DNA from: Candidatus Gottesmanbacteria bacterium RIFCSPLOWO2_01_FULL_43_11b
GTDB taxonomy: Bacteria > Patescibacteriota > Microgenomatia > UBA10105 > UBA927
Assembly (NCBI GenBank): GCA_001780985.1
Contig: MFJV01000001.1
Location: forward strand, 37,466-101,465
DNA length: 64,000 bases
Direction of reading: 5' to 3'
In this document: positions 1-8,343 of the stretch, in pieces
Numbering within the stretch: the stretch's first letter is position 1
Layout: each line of letters starts with the position of its first letter
The notes under the pieces: model-generated
The model's input: the letters and a program-made list of their open reading frames with translations, nothing else
What the model was told of the DNA's origin: nothing
Databases searched by the model: none
Made by a program: the position numbers and the translations under genes

Positions 1-133
1 ACATCCAACGTATGATTTGTTATGTTGCTTGCTTTTTAAAATATATACAAACCACATGCTCTACTCGCCGGAGGCGAAGTCTCGCCTTTGGCGGACCATT
101 GAGCTACACCCGCGCGAATGGCATAATTATAAC

Positions 134-1780
134 ATGATAATCCTGATATTGTCTTTTTTCTTATTGCTGTTTCCTGCTTCTGTTCAAGCTAAATACGATC
201 CTCGGACTGTTCCCAACAATAAATTCGGTATCCACGTTGCTGATGTGAATGACATTGCAGATACCGCAGCACTTGTTAATTCAAGTGGAGGCGATTGGGG
301 GTATGTAACGATTGTCATGCAGAATAATGATCGTGATTTTGGTAAGTGGCACAATATTTTTAATCAAATGCGACGACTTCACCTGATTCCTATTATCCGT
401 TTGGCAACCCATCCGCAAGGAAATTACTGGACTAAACCACAGATAGTTGATGCAAATATAACTGCACAATTTCTTGATAGTCTCAATTGGCCGATTGAAA
501 ATCGCTACGTGGTCCTCTTTAACGAACCAAATCATGCAAAAGAGTGGGGAAATGAAATTAATCCGGAAGGGTATGCGGAAGTTTTTGTGACATACGCACA
601 GGCTCTCAAGTCCGTTTCAGACGATTTCTTTATTCTTCCTGCAGGCTTTGACTCCTCTGCGGCAAATACATCTGATACCCTTGATGCCGAAGAATTTATT
701 AAACGAATGGTAGTTGCAAAACCGGAAATATTGGATCTTTTAGACGGTTGGACGTCGCATTCATACCCAAATCCCGGTTTTTCCGGTTCACCGCTGGCTC
801 GGGGGAAAGGTACCATCAGATCTTATCTTTGGGAGCTTGATTTTATTGGTAAAAATTTGCCCGTGTTTGTTACAGAGACAGGGTGGGTAAACACCGTGGC
901 AAATAATCTTCGCACCGCCGCATCATCTGTTTGGCAGGATCCCGCAATTGTCGCAGTCACACCGTTTGTTTTTAGTTATCAAGGTGAACCATTTGATAAC
1001 TTTTCATGGAAAAAATTAGGAGTGAACGAGTTTTATCCACATTACTTTGAATACCAGGGTTTATCGAAAGTGAAGGGAACACCGAAACAACGTCATTCAT
1101 TTATTGTAGGTACGTCACTTATACCCGACATTCTCGTTAGCTCATCTCACTATAATCTTGAATTGACGATTCAAAATACGGGTCAGGCAATTGTTGGTAC
1201 AAAAGAAGGATATAGTGTAACACTCACTGCACCGGTTGACTTTGAAATTATTCTTGATTCAATTCCGAGCTTTGAACCGGGAGAAACCGCTGCAATCAAA
1301 GCAAAACTAACGACACCAAAAACTATTGGAGAAAATAAAGTAAAACTTTCATTCATCCGCGGAAATGAAACATATACCATTGAAGAAAAAACAGTTACTA
1401 TTGTTCCTCCGCCATCACTTTCCGTTGAAGCAAAACTCGGTTGGCGTAGGGTAAGTAACGCCAGTGATGTTACCGTTCTTGTGTATGAAAGTGATACGAT
1501 AATTCATAAATTTACCGGACTATCAATTGATAATGGTATCCTTTCTGTTGACGGACTAACCGATATAATTCCGGGAAATAGCTACCGTGTCGTTGTCCTT
1601 GTACCGTACTATCTTCCTCGTCAAACTGTCGCTATTTTAAAAGGGGACATCACCACTCTTTCATTCAGACGATTTCTTCCGCTTGACATAAATGGTGACG
1701 GAGCACTCACAATTTCTGACATAGTCTTACTTATCACAAGTAGGCCTGCTGATATTCTTCCGCGCTTCTTCGGACCGTGA
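134..1780 (+). CDS. Secreted clan GH-A glycoside hydrolase (GH5-like), with a C-terminal Ig-like region and a dockerin-like calcium-binding repeat
   Basis: Signal peptide MIILILSFFLLLFPASVQA. LFNEPN acid/base motif and VFVTETGW nucleophile motif typical of clan GH-A. C-terminal DINGDGALTISDIVLLI matches the dockerin D-x-N-x-D-G-x(5)-D pattern. Start taken at an internal ATG after the in-frame upstream extension. Confidence 0.55.
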   Translation: MIILILSFFLLLFPASVQAKYDPRTVPNNKFGIHVADVNDIADTAALVNSSGGDWGYVTIVMQNNDRDFGKWHNIFNQMRRLHLIPIIRLATHPQGNYWTKPQIVDANITAQFLDSLNWPIENRYVVLFNEPNHAKEWGNEINPEGYAEVFVTYAQALKSVSDDFFILPAGFDSSAANTSDTLDAEEFIKRMVVAKPEILDLLDGWTSHSYPNPGFSGSPLARGKGTIRSYLWELDFIGKNLPVFVTETGWVNTVANNLRTAASSVWQDPAIVAVTPFVFSYQGEPFDNFSWKKLGVNEFYPHYFEYQGLSKVKGTPKQRHSFIVGTSLIPDILVSSSHYNLELTIQNTGQAIVGTKEGYSVTLTAPVDFEIILDSIPSFEPGETAAIKAKLTTPKTIGENKVKLSFIRGNETYTIEEKTVTIVPPPSLSVEAKLGWRRVSNASDVTVLVYESDTIIHKFTGLSIDNGILSVDGLTDIIPGNSYRVVVLVPYYLPRQTVAILKGDITTLSFRRFLPLDINGDGALTISDIVLLITSRPADILPRFFGP

Positions 1781-1801
1781 TATACTCTCTTTGGTATACA
1801 T

Positions 1802-3466
1802 ATGGAAGAAAAAAAGGAAGAAGAGCCAAAAGAACTCCTCACACTTACCAAACAAGTTGACCAGATGGTCCACTCATTTGAGGTGGGAATCCGTGAAACG
1901 AAAAAGAAAGAAACACCGATGCATGTGGATGAAATTGCCTCGAGAATTGCAAAATTTTATGAAATGGTAAGGAAAGTTATTGACTGGAAAGAAGATAATG
2001 TCCTTCGTCGTGCCGCAATCGTTCGAATTCTCAAACGCCTGCTTTTCCCAAAAATAAGCGGTGTATCACTGCGGCCTGATATTGATACATATCGAATTGC
2101 CTATAGTGTCACTGCAGATCTTATTCGCGGCGGGCATCTACCCAATGATGAAATTCCGCAGGAGAGCGTTCTCCTGGTCGAGACTGCAGTAAAGAAATAC
2201 CTCCACATTTTAAAACATGCATCATTTGCAACTGCTGATCCGCTTTTGGTTAAGAGAAAAATAAACTTTACGACGTTTCTTATAGACCTTGCTGCCTGTG
2301 AAATCGAAGAAATCCTTACTAACCCCATAAAAGAACGAGCAATTATTCAGACCATGACAGAACTCATGACAGAACGGATTATCGTTTTACCCGAGGGGAG
2401 CATGAATGACGACGAAAAACGAACGCATGTGTTTATTGCCATTTGCCGAACGCTCTATGAGCTTGATGATGAATTTATTATTTACCAACTCTTAAAATTC
2501 AGTTACCCCGGGTGGCATAATCCGGATGCGGAGCAACTTAAAAAACTGACAGAAGAGGTACCAAAAATTTGGAAATCATCAGATTCAATTCTCGATCATC
2601 CGCTTGCACGACAATTCTATACAATCTGTGAACGCGTCGATACAATCTTCATGCTTTTGGGAGATATCTTAGATAAATATGTTGAGGAACCCAAAAAATT
2701 AAAAGAGGCGCTGCAGGAAAAAAATGAATTAACCAAGTTAGCAACGGAAGCTTACGATAAACGGTACAAAACCCTCAAAACCAGGCTTGTTCGACTTGCC
2801 ATATTTTCGACCCTATCTGTATTTCTTTCCAATTGGGTGACGTTTTATATTATCGAAGTACCGCTTGCCGAAGTTTTTTATGAAGGATTCAACTTGTTTA
2901 CGGCATTTATTGACTTCCTCATCCCCACTGCTCTTATGTTTATTCTTGTTGCCATTATCAGGCCTCCGCCCGAGCAGAATGCAAAACGGGTACTTTCCAC
3001 CCTCTATCGATTTGTCTATGAGGATGAAAAGAAACCACTCTTTGAAGTGAGATTACGCAAACGAAGGAACATCTTTTTCACCTTTATCGTCGCTTTCTTA
3101 TATTTTGCAATGATGTTTTTAGTATTGGGTGGAGTTTGGTATATTTTCTATTTCTTCAAACTCCCAATAACATCAGTATTTTTTGATACATTCACGATTG
3201 CGCTTACTATTTTTGCCGCAGTACTCATCCGTAATAAAGCCCGGGAACTCTCAGTTGATGATCGGACAACATTCTGGGAATTTATTCTCGATATGTTTTC
3301 CGTTCCGGTTGCTAAAATAGGGGAGTTTTTAGCTGCAAAATGGAAAGAATACAACATCATTGCAATTTTATTCACCTTCCTAATCGAAACGCCGTTCGTA
3401 GTTGTACTTGATTTTATCGAAAACTGGAGCCAATACCTCAAGGAGCGGCGGAGCGAACTACACTAA
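1802..3466 (+). CDS. Hypothetical protein: soluble N-terminal domain plus about 5 C-terminal transmembrane helices
   Basis: Long ORF with hydrophobic C-terminal segments; no motif recognised. Confidence 0.45.
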   Translation: MEEKKEEEPKELLTLTKQVDQMVHSFEVGIRETKKKETPMHVDEIASRIAKFYEMVRKVIDWKEDNVLRRAAIVRILKRLLFPKISGVSLRPDIDTYRIAYSVTADLIRGGHLPNDEIPQESVLLVETAVKKYLHILKHASFATADPLLVKRKINFTTFLIDLAACEIEEILTNPIKERAIIQTMTELMTERIIVLPEGSMNDDEKRTHVFIAICRTLYELDDEFIIYQLLKFSYPGWHNPDAEQLKKLTEEVPKIWKSSDSILDHPLARQFYTICERVDTIFMLLGDILDKYVEEPKKLKEALQEKNELTKLATEAYDKRYKTLKTRLVRLAIFSTLSVFLSNWVTFYIIEVPLAEVFYEGFNLFTAFIDFLIPTALMFILVAIIRPPPEQNAKRVLSTLYRFVYEDEKKPLFEVRLRKRRNIFFTFIVAFLYFAMMFLVLGGVWYIFYFFKLPITSVFFDTFTIALTIFAAVLIRNKARELSVDDRTTFWEFILDMFSVPVAKIGEFLAAKWKEYNIIAILFTFLIETPFVVVLDFIENWSQYLKERRSELH

Positions 3467-4346
3467 CTTTATAAATTGAAAGGACGAGCGCCAGAACTCC
3501 AAGTATTTGAGTGGGAGATAGTGGTTTATGGAAATAAGTGTAATCCAAAACCACTGCAGAAAGTGGCCAGGCAAGTTCACAGATGGTTGCGATCCGGGCA
3601 GGTGTTCGTTTGAGACCGTAGTAGTAAATAGAAAGTGCAACCATTCCTGTTGAAAGAGCGATTGCAACCAGTGTCAACCATTGCACCTGTGTGAGTGTCG
3701 GTAAAACTGTATTGTGACCTAAACCTACGACGAGTGCCCCAGCCAGTATCGAGGCAAGACCAAATCTTACAGCAGTTGTTAAAAGTGTCGGGAGTCGGAG
3801 TAAGGCGTACCGGCTAAATACTGTTGAAGACCCCCAGGAAAAAGCTGCTCCGATTGCAAAAAGCGCTGCCATTGTTGTTCCGCTTCCTGTGGAAAGATTC
3901 ACCTGTAAATTTGGAAATGATATGAAATACGCAGCAATAAGGGCGGTAATAAACCAGGGGATATAAGCACGGGATAGTTTTTCCTTGAGAATTATCCGTG
4001 CAAATAGTAATACTACGAACGGCTCCAATTGCTGTAAAAGCACAACCACGGAAAATTGTGCAAACTGAACGAGTCCTAAAGCCGAAGTATATAATACCGT
4101 TCCCATAATACTTGAAAGCACTGTTACCCAGGCAAACGCTCCCCAGGTTTTGATGGATATTTTTTTTAATAAATAGCTTTTGTTAAAAACAATGGGGACA
4201 AGGAAGATAAATCCGATGAGGTGTTCTAAAAATACAACAACGATTGGGGGGAGGGAGTATAAACTTACGCGCAGTAATCCGTCAAAACTCCAAAGAAGAG
4301 CTGCAAGAACAACAAAAACCGGTCCGATTGAAAGGACTTTTTTCAT
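3438..4346 (-). CDS. EamA/DMT-family permease (10 TM); candidate ImpX-like riboflavin transporter given the upstream riboswitch-like leader
   Basis: 302 aa, about 10 hydrophobic helices with two EamA-like halves. Preceded on the minus strand by a structured 5' UTR. Confidence 0.65.
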   Translation of the reverse strand: MKKVLSIGPVFVVLAALLWSFDGLLRVSLYSLPPIVVVFLEHLIGFIFLVPIVFNKSYLLKKISIKTWGAFAWVTVLSSIMGTVLYTSALGLVQFAQFSVVVLLQQLEPFVVLLFARIILKEKLSRAYIPWFITALIAAYFISFPNLQVNLSTGSGTTMAALFAIGAAFSWGSSTVFSRYALLRLPTLLTTAVRFGLASILAGALVVGLGHNTVLPTLTQVQWLTLVAIALSTGMVALSIYYYGLKRTPARIATICELAWPLSAVVLDYTYFHKPLSPTQILGVLALVLSIYKVSVVRSAAP

Positions 4347-4391
4347 ATTCCTTCTTTTCCCCCGCTTCCTCTATCATTTCGATAGTTCTCT

Positions 4392-4556
4392 AGCGGGGTT
4401 ATCCCGTTTTTAACGGGACATCCCGACTGTACGGTCGGCCTACGTATTTCGCGTAGTCATGTCCTATTATGGACTCGTGGGCTTTAACCACCGATTGGGA
4501 CTTCCTGCCCTCCGTAGCTTTATGCGAAGGACGGGTCACCCTACCCCGAAGGATAC
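4392..4556 (-). promoter_or_regulatory. FMN riboswitch (RFN element)-like aptamer in the 5' UTR of the EamA transporter
   Basis: Minus-strand RNA reads CCUUCGGGGUAGGGUGA ... AAGCCCACGAGUCC ... CUACGCGAAAUACGUAGGCCGACCGUACAGUCGGGAUG ... closing helix ACCCCGC. The order and sequence of these segments resemble the conserved RFN blocks CUUCGGGGCAGGGUGA / AGCCCGUGACC / GCCGACAGUGAAAGUCUGGAUG. An RBS-proximal hairpin follows. Confidence 0.45.
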
Positions 4557-4561
4557 GTTTA

Positions 4562-4590
4562 TGCTATACCTTTGTGGGAATACCAGTCAA
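4562..4590 (-). promoter_or_regulatory. Sigma70-type promoter (TTGACT-16-TATAGC) driving the riboswitch-EamA transcript
   Basis: Hexamers read on the minus strand immediately upstream of the structured leader. Confidence 0.4.
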
Positions 4591-4602
4591 GAGGTTATCC
4601 GT

Positions 4603-4631
4603 TTGATACGCTTTCTTATCTACGATATACT
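4603..4631 (+). promoter_or_regulatory. Sigma70-type promoter (TTGATA-17-TATACT) for the GIY-YIG gene and tRNA-His
   Basis: Good -35/-10 hexamers with 17-bp spacing. A GC-rich hairpin (4655-4697) lies in the 5' UTR. Confidence 0.45.
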
Positions 4632-4705
4632 ATCGGTATTGGTGGCCCCTGCCCGCCATCGCAAGCATGAGCTTGCTCAGGCGTTGCGGGCGGGGTAGCT
4701 CATTG

Positions 4706-4942
4706 ATGTATTACACATATGTATTAAAGAGTATTGAGGATAATAAGTTTTATATTGGTTTTACTGATAATTTAAAAAAGCGGTTTCGAGAACATCAGAG
4801 AGGCGAAGTTGAATCGACAAGGACGAGACGTCCATTCATTCTAATTTATTACGAAGCTTGTCTTGATAAGGGACAGGCAATAAAGAGAGAGAAATATTTC
4901 AAAACTGGATTTGGTCGAAGATTTTTAAAATCAAGAATTTAA
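4706..4942 (+). CDS. Small GIY-YIG nuclease-domain protein (UPF0213/YhbQ-like)
   Basis: YTYVLKS..KFYIGFTDNLKKRFREH matches the GIY-(10)-YIG motif plus a conserved Arg/Glu. Only about 78 aa. Confidence 0.7.
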   Translation: MYYTYVLKSIEDNKFYIGFTDNLKKRFREHQRGEVESTRTRRPFILIYYEACLDKGQAIKREKYFKTGFGRRFLKSRI

Positions 4943-4944
4943 TT

Positions 4945-5018
4945 GGTGGCGTGTGCCGAACGGCTTAGGCGTCTGCTTGTGGAGCAGATTTTAGCGGGTT
5001 CAACTCCCGTACGCCACC
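4945..5018 (+). tRNA. tRNA-His(GTG) with the extra G-1 paired to C73; CCA is encoded
   Basis: Acceptor GTGGCGT/ACGCCAC with a preceding G pairing to discriminator C. Anticodon stem TCTGC/GCAGA, loop TTGTGGA. T-arm GCGGG-TTCAACT-CCCGT. CCA follows at 5019-5021. Confidence 0.8.
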
Positions 5019-5056
5019 CCAAAATATCAGCTATGTTATGCTATAATGTCGTTACT

Positions 5057-5296
5057 ATGAAAATTAAGAAATTAGACTACTTGATTGAGTTAACGTACGA
5101 CGCATCTTACAAAGGTTACGTTGCGGATGTCGTTAATTTGTTTGGCTGCATGTCTCAAGGAAAGACGAAAAAGGAAGCGTTAGCGAACGCTGAAAAAGCG
5201 ATTAAAGCCTATATGAAAGTACTCGTCAAAACCGGTAAGAATACTGACATTGTTCGAAGAAGCGTCGGCACTCCAATGCCGGTGGCATATGCCTAA
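5057..5296 (+). CDS. hicB: HicB-family antitoxin (UPF0150)
   Basis: 80 aa. YLIELTYDASYKGYVADVVNLFGCMSQGKTKKEALANAEKAIKAYMK matches the HicB N-terminal RNase-H-like-fold pattern. It overlaps the downstream hicA by 8 nt. The upstream in-frame extension is actually tRNA-His. Confidence 0.6.
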   Translation: MKIKKLDYLIELTYDASYKGYVADVVNLFGCMSQGKTKKEALANAEKAIKAYMKVLVKTGKNTDIVRRSVGTPMPVAYA

Positions 5297-5510
5297 ACTT
5301 ACCAATATCTCCGGTAAAAAGGCAGTCAAGGCATTTCTCAAATTCGGCTACGTTCATGTTCACACATCTGGAGATCACGCAATCCTGCAAAAACCAGGGT
5401 CCCCAACACTCTCAATCCCTCTCCATAAAGAAGTAGCACAATTTCTTCTGAAGTCACAAGTCAAGAGGGCCGAAATTTCAATCCGTGATTTAATCCAAGC
5501 ACTGAAATGA
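5289..5510 (+). CDS. hicA: HicA-family mRNA interferase toxin
   Basis: 73 aa. KKAVKAFLKFGY..HTSGDHAIL..PLHKE fits the HicA/YcfA dsRBD-like motif (GSH...H, P.HK). Antitoxin-then-toxin order with overlap. Confidence 0.6.
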   Translation: MPKLTNISGKKAVKAFLKFGYVHVHTSGDHAILQKPGSPTLSIPLHKEVAQFLLKSQVKRAEISIRDLIQALK

Positions 5511-5584
5511 TCTAACCTCATAATTTCCCTTAACTCCCACATCCGCCGTGTTAGTTACCACCAAAAAAATTATTCCCGGAAGAG

Positions 5585-6352
5585 TTAGTTAAAAACGATT
5601 GCGGGAGGAATGCTGATGCGATCAGCGATCGAATAGAGTTCATTCGCCTCAAATCCGAGGATTTCCGGCAAGTAAAGTATCGCCCGCATATTTTTAGCAA
5701 GAGGAGGAGGGTAGGAACTATCAAACTCGCTTTCTCTCGCAATAGTAGCAATATAGAAATGTTCTATCCCAAGTAACTCTGCCGTAGCTCGAACAGTCGC
5801 ACCCGTGCTATAAACATCTTCTGCAATTGTAAGGCCATACCCATCCGGAGTAAGTTTTGCAATCGCCCTTCGGTCTTCCGGCATTATTCCGACATATTTC
5901 GCCTTTCCGGTCGCAAGCCGTGTCACGGGTACATATGCTACTGCGACATCTCCTGTGATATGCTTAACCTCATCGGCGGACTCTCCTCCTATTAACTGAA
6001 TTACTTTCTGCGGTTTTTTGTGAAGAATTGCAATTGCGGTGTCTATAAAAAGACCTGATTTGGTTGATGGTTCTTTAATAACAATCCTGGGTTTCATTTT
6101 TTCAAGTAGACCGGCCATTTCTTTTGAAGATGCAAGTGCCAGTTCATAATTTATGTTTGGATCGGGTATGAAAAAAGCGATTGCTTTCGATTGATTGTCA
6201 CCGACATTCACGAGAGGTAATCCAAAACGACGACCACCGAGTTTTATGGGAAGCCAACGTTTGCCTTCAAAAAGGATAATATCTTCTTTACCATATACAT
6301 CTGGTTTTCCGATAATCATATCGTGCACTCGTTCGAAATAGGGGATTGGCAT
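5585..6352 (-). CDS. Type I phosphoribosyltransferase-domain protein
   Basis: C-terminal LTIAEDVYSTGATVRAT resembles the PRPP-binding motif of type I PRTases. N-terminal about 150 aa unassigned. Confidence 0.45.
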   Translation of the reverse strand: MPIPYFERVHDMIIGKPDVYGKEDIILFEGKRWLPIKLGGRRFGLPLVNVGDNQSKAIAFFIPDPNINYELALASSKEMAGLLEKMKPRIVIKEPSTKSGLFIDTAIAILHKKPQKVIQLIGGESADEVKHITGDVAVAYVPVTRLATGKAKYVGIMPEDRRAIAKLTPDGYGLTIAEDVYSTGATVRATAELLGIEHFYIATIARESEFDSSYPPPLAKNMRAILYLPEILGFEANELYSIADRISIPPAIVFN

Positions 6353-6425
6353 ATATAAGCGGGCAGATAAAAACGACTATAAAGTACCATTCACGCCATT
6401 GTCAAGCTAATCTTTCTCTCCAATT

Positions 6426-6434
6426 TGATATAAT
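6426..6434 (+). promoter_or_regulatory. Extended -10 promoter element (TGaTATAAT) for the tRNA-Arg/tRNA-Lys/GIY-YIG transcript
   Basis: TG-n-TATAAT about 10 nt upstream of tRNA-Arg. Confidence 0.4.
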
Positions 6435-6443
6435 TAGAGCATT

Positions 6444-6517
6444 GCGCCTGTAGCTTAACCGGATAGAGCGTCTGTCTTCGGAACAGAAGGTTGGGGGTTC
6501 GATTCCCTCCAGGCGCG
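6444..6517 (+). tRNA. tRNA-Arg(TCG)
   Basis: Cloverleaf: acceptor GCGCCTG/CAGGCGC, anticodon loop CTTCGGA, T-arm GGGGG-TTCGATT-CCCTC. Confidence 0.8.
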
Positions 6518-6525
6518 CATAATGA

Positions 6526-6597
6526 GGGCGCATAGCTCAACGGTAGAGCAACTTCCTCTTAAGAAGTCGGTTGGAGGTTCGAATCCTCCTGCGCTCA
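6526..6597 (+). tRNA. tRNA-Lys(CTT)
   Basis: Acceptor GGGCGCA/TGCGCTC, anticodon loop CTCTTAA, T-arm GGAGG-TTCGAAT-CCTCC. Confidence 0.8.
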
Positions 6598-6601
6598 CAA
6601 T

Positions 6602-6850
6602 ATGATATGGTTTGTGTATATAGTCCGCTGCGCGGATAATACGCTATATACCGGTATTACCACCGATATTACTAGGAGAGTACGGGAACACAATGGTGAG
6701 ATCGGAACCGGTGCCCGCTATACGCTTTCAAAACGGCCTGTTACTCTTGTGTATTCCAAAAAAATGAAATCGAGAAGTGCCGCACTTATCTACGAAGCAA
6801 AAATAAAAAAGCTTTCCCGTGATGAAAAAAATGCTATGCTTACGGTATGA
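6602..6850 (+). CDS. Small GIY-YIG nuclease-domain protein (second copy), immediately 3' of tRNA-Lys
   Basis: WFVYIVRCADNTLYTGITTDITRRVREHN is a GIY-YIG motif. 82 aa. Starts 5 nt after the tRNA. Confidence 0.7.
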   Translation: MIWFVYIVRCADNTLYTGITTDITRRVREHNGEIGTGARYTLSKRPVTLVYSKKMKSRSAALIYEAKIKKLSRDEKNAMLTV

Positions 6851-7581
6851 ACTTTGATCTTGAAGAACATCTCCGGAAGGAACATAAACGGACTGCGTTT
6901 TCGCAGTACCTCCGGGAAATTGTATACGGCGGAAACGACGGAATTGTGACGACATTTGCGGTTGTTGCAGGCTTTGCGGGTGCACAAAGGGATCCTGCCA
7001 CAAGCGCCGTTCCCGTAGTTTCGGTGCTTCTTTTCGGATTAGCAAATTTGTTTGCAGACGGATTATCCATGAGTCTCGGAAGTTTCCTTTCCATCCGGGC
7101 TGATCAGGATGTGTACAGAAACGAGAGAGCGAAAGAGCATCACGAAATTATACATTCGACGCAATCTGAATTTGACGAAACCGTTGAGATTCTCAAACGC
7201 CAGAAATTTGGGGAAGCTGATGCGCAAGCAATTGCAAAACTGTACCAAAAAAATGAAACCTATTGGACGGAATTTATGATGACCGATGAACTGCAAATGA
7301 CGAATCCTGAAAATGAAAAACCAGTTTCCATTGCACTTGCAACGTTTGGAGCGTTCATCTTTTTTGGTTTTATTCCGCTCGTACCGTATGTGCTTCGGCT
7401 GAAACAGGGAAATCTCTTTGAAATTTCCGTACTTTTTACCGCTGCCGCACTTATATTCTTAGGTTTTTTTCGCGCAATTGTTGCGAGACAGCGGATGCTA
7501 CGGGGAATCATAGAAACGCTCATCGTTGGTGGATCTGCCGCAGGAGTCGCGTATCTCGTTGGCTCATTTTTCAGAATTTGA
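6847..7581 (+). CDS. VIT1/CCC1-family (DUF125) iron/manganese transporter
   Basis: YGGNDGIVTTFAVVAGFAGA signature and C-terminal TM helices. ATGA overlap with the upstream gene. Confidence 0.75.
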   Translation: MNFDLEEHLRKEHKRTAFSQYLREIVYGGNDGIVTTFAVVAGFAGAQRDPATSAVPVVSVLLFGLANLFADGLSMSLGSFLSIRADQDVYRNERAKEHHEIIHSTQSEFDETVEILKRQKFGEADAQAIAKLYQKNETYWTEFMMTDELQMTNPENEKPVSIALATFGAFIFFGFIPLVPYVLRLKQGNLFEISVLFTAAALIFLGFFRAIVARQRMLRGIIETLIVGGSAAGVAYLVGSFFRI

Positions 7582-8216
7582 CAGAAACGCACCTCTATGT
7601 CACTATACTTTTTATGATTAGGAAACTGCTCGTTATAAGTTTTTGGTTTCCAATAGTCCTCGTCCTCCTTATTATTAACCTTGGGCTGTTAATTGATACG
7701 GTTAATCGAAATTCGGAGGAAGTTGTTGCATCTGTTTCTTCTGAACAAACGCATTTTCAGGTAGCCTCATCAGCCAATGGAACCGGAATGGTGTTAGGAA
7801 CTTCAGTTGAAGGGGCTGATGCAAGGTCCATTCTTTTGGAAACTTTTTTGCGTGAACACAAATCGCCAATGGCACCGTACGCAAACTATATTGTTGAAAA
7901 ATCCGATGAGAATGGCATTGATTTTCGCTTGGTTGTCGCAATTGCCATGTGTGAGTCAAATGCAGGAAAGCATATGCCAAAAAGAAATGAATTCAATGCA
8001 TGGGGTATAGGAGTCTATACAGGCCAGCTAACCGGAGCAGGCTTTGATAGTTGGCCGCATGCAATTGACTGGGTGACAACCTATATTCGAGAAAATTATT
8101 ATGATGAGGGACTTATCGATCTTCGGGAAATCGGTGCAAAGTGGGCGCCTCCTTCTGTTGAAAATGGATATTCATGGACAAACTGTGTTGAAGAGTTCCA
8201 GGGAAGTATCCTATAA
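7578..8216 (+). CDS. Membrane-anchored secreted protein; putative GH73-like peptidoglycan hydrolase (paralog 1)
   Basis: N-terminal TM. VVAIAMCESNAGKH...NAWGIGVY resembles the glucosaminidase (GH73/FlgJ-like) catalytic Glu region. Paralogous to 8344-8883. Confidence 0.4.
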   Translation: MTETHLYVTILFMIRKLLVISFWFPIVLVLLIINLGLLIDTVNRNSEEVVASVSSEQTHFQVASSANGTGMVLGTSVEGADARSILLETFLREHKSPMAPYANYIVEKSDENGIDFRLVVAIAMCESNAGKHMPKRNEFNAWGIGVYTGQLTGAGFDSWPHAIDWVTTYIRENYYDEGLIDLREIGAKWAPPSVENGYSWTNCVEEFQGSIL

Positions 8217-8261
8217 ATAAATATTTAGTCCTTCGATATTTCTGAAACAAAGCCTTAGGAC

Positions 8262-8290
8262 TTGACAAGTGTTGTCCTATAGGCTATACT
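8262..8290 (+). promoter_or_regulatory. Sigma70-type promoter (TTGACA-17-TATACT)
   Basis: Consensus hexamers. Followed by a hairpin plus U-run (8300-8343) directly before the start codon. Confidence 0.5.
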
Positions 8291-8343
8291 CCCAGATTAG
8301 ATCCTAAAGTTGATGCCGTCAAACGTATCTGCTTTAGGATTTT

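Noticed and set aside
4347-4705. Considered RNase P RNA, tmRNA or SRP RNA for this structured 360-bp intergenic region
   Set aside because: No P4 (AGGAAAGUCCGGGCUCC / ACAGAACCCGGCUUA) signature in the right order, no tRNA-like 3' end, no SRP domain IV motif. The conserved blocks instead fit an FMN-type aptamer on the minus strand upstream of the EamA gene. The plus-strand GC hairpin at 4655-4697 lies in the GIY-YIG 5' UTR.
4943-5056. N-terminal extension of the HicB ORF (MVACAERLRRLL...)
   Set aside because: This stretch folds into a canonical tRNA-His with G-1 and encoded CCA. HicB starts at the internal ATG 5057.
5585-6352. Possible retron/defence-type PRTase effector, given the neighbouring GIY-YIG and HicAB genes
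   Set aside because: No reverse transcriptase, ncRNA or other defence partner is adjacent. The C-terminal motif fits generic type I PRTases, so it is kept as a metabolic PRTase-domain protein.
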